Positions 63,845 to 64,000 of a stretch of DNA of 64,000 nucleotides are shown one piece after another. Each line of letters starts with the position of its first letter. Position 1 is the stretch's first letter. The position numbers were made by a program, and so were the translations under genes. The notes beneath the pieces were generated by a model. It saw nothing but the letters and a program-made list of their open reading frames with translations. It made no database searches and was not told the origin of the DNA. This DNA comes from an uncultured cyanobacterium (GTDB lineage: Bacteria; Cyanobacteriota; Cyanobacteriia; Cyanobacteriales; Nostocaceae). The DNA lies in contig OY970166.1 of NCBI GenBank assembly GCA_963706595.1, positions 4,320,001-4,384,000 of the forward strand, written 5' to 3'.

Positions 63845-64000
63845 ATGAAAAAATTTGGTAAATATTTAGGGTTAGGGCTACTATCTACGTTCCTGACTGC
63901 TACTCCTGGACTGGGGGCGGAACGAATTAGCTTTTTTTACCCTCCCTATGGTGAATTCTCCCTGAGTGTTGACTCTTTAGAAACATTTGCCAAGTCAGGC
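63845..64000 (+). CDS. DUF1400-containing alpha/beta hydrolase, N-terminus (runs off window)
   Basis: Manual translation MKKFGKYLGLGLLSTFLTATPGLGAERISFFYPPYGEFSLSVDSLETFAKSG. Confidence 0.75.
   Translation, partial: MKKFGKYLGLGLLSTFLTATPGLGAERISFFYPPYGEFSLSVDSLETFAKSG

Overview
Chromosomal window from a heterocyst-forming (Nostocales-type) cyanobacterium, judged from frequent HIP1 GCGATCGC octamers, heptamer tandem repeats, xisHI and akinete AvaK-like genes. It is mostly housekeeping and metabolic genes: ycf34 start, tRNA nucleotidyltransferase, hybrid kinase, ChlH/BchH paralogue, two-component pair, holA, lipB, hpf/lrtA, peroxiredoxin, ABC proteins, cysteine desulfurase, comA-like, atpD-atpC, ackA, tal, gap1 and an isiB-isiC iron-stress cluster. 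Small accessory modules and many miniature repeats are interspersed. Most notable: (1) a secreted PEP-CTERM protein that looks like an integrin beta headpiece (betaI plus hybrid domain); (2) a four-helix-bundle gene enclosed by inverted heptamer-repeat arms, with an apparently empty copy of such arms elsewhere in the window; (3) a Zorya-like zorA-zorB-zorC locus with an extra upstream gene, no zorD/zorE and a disrupted zorA; (4) an AT-rich ABC-ATPase + TOPRIM-like pair ahead of an XPB-like helicase/DUF790/VapBC string; (5) a 165-bp IS200/IS605-like mini-element in the atpD leader; (6) an identical 31-bp repeat in frame in two unrelated proteins; (7) an unannotated IsiA/CP43 C-terminal fragment; (8) modular, nested MITEs. 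All family calls come from motif recognition by eye; no database searches were run.
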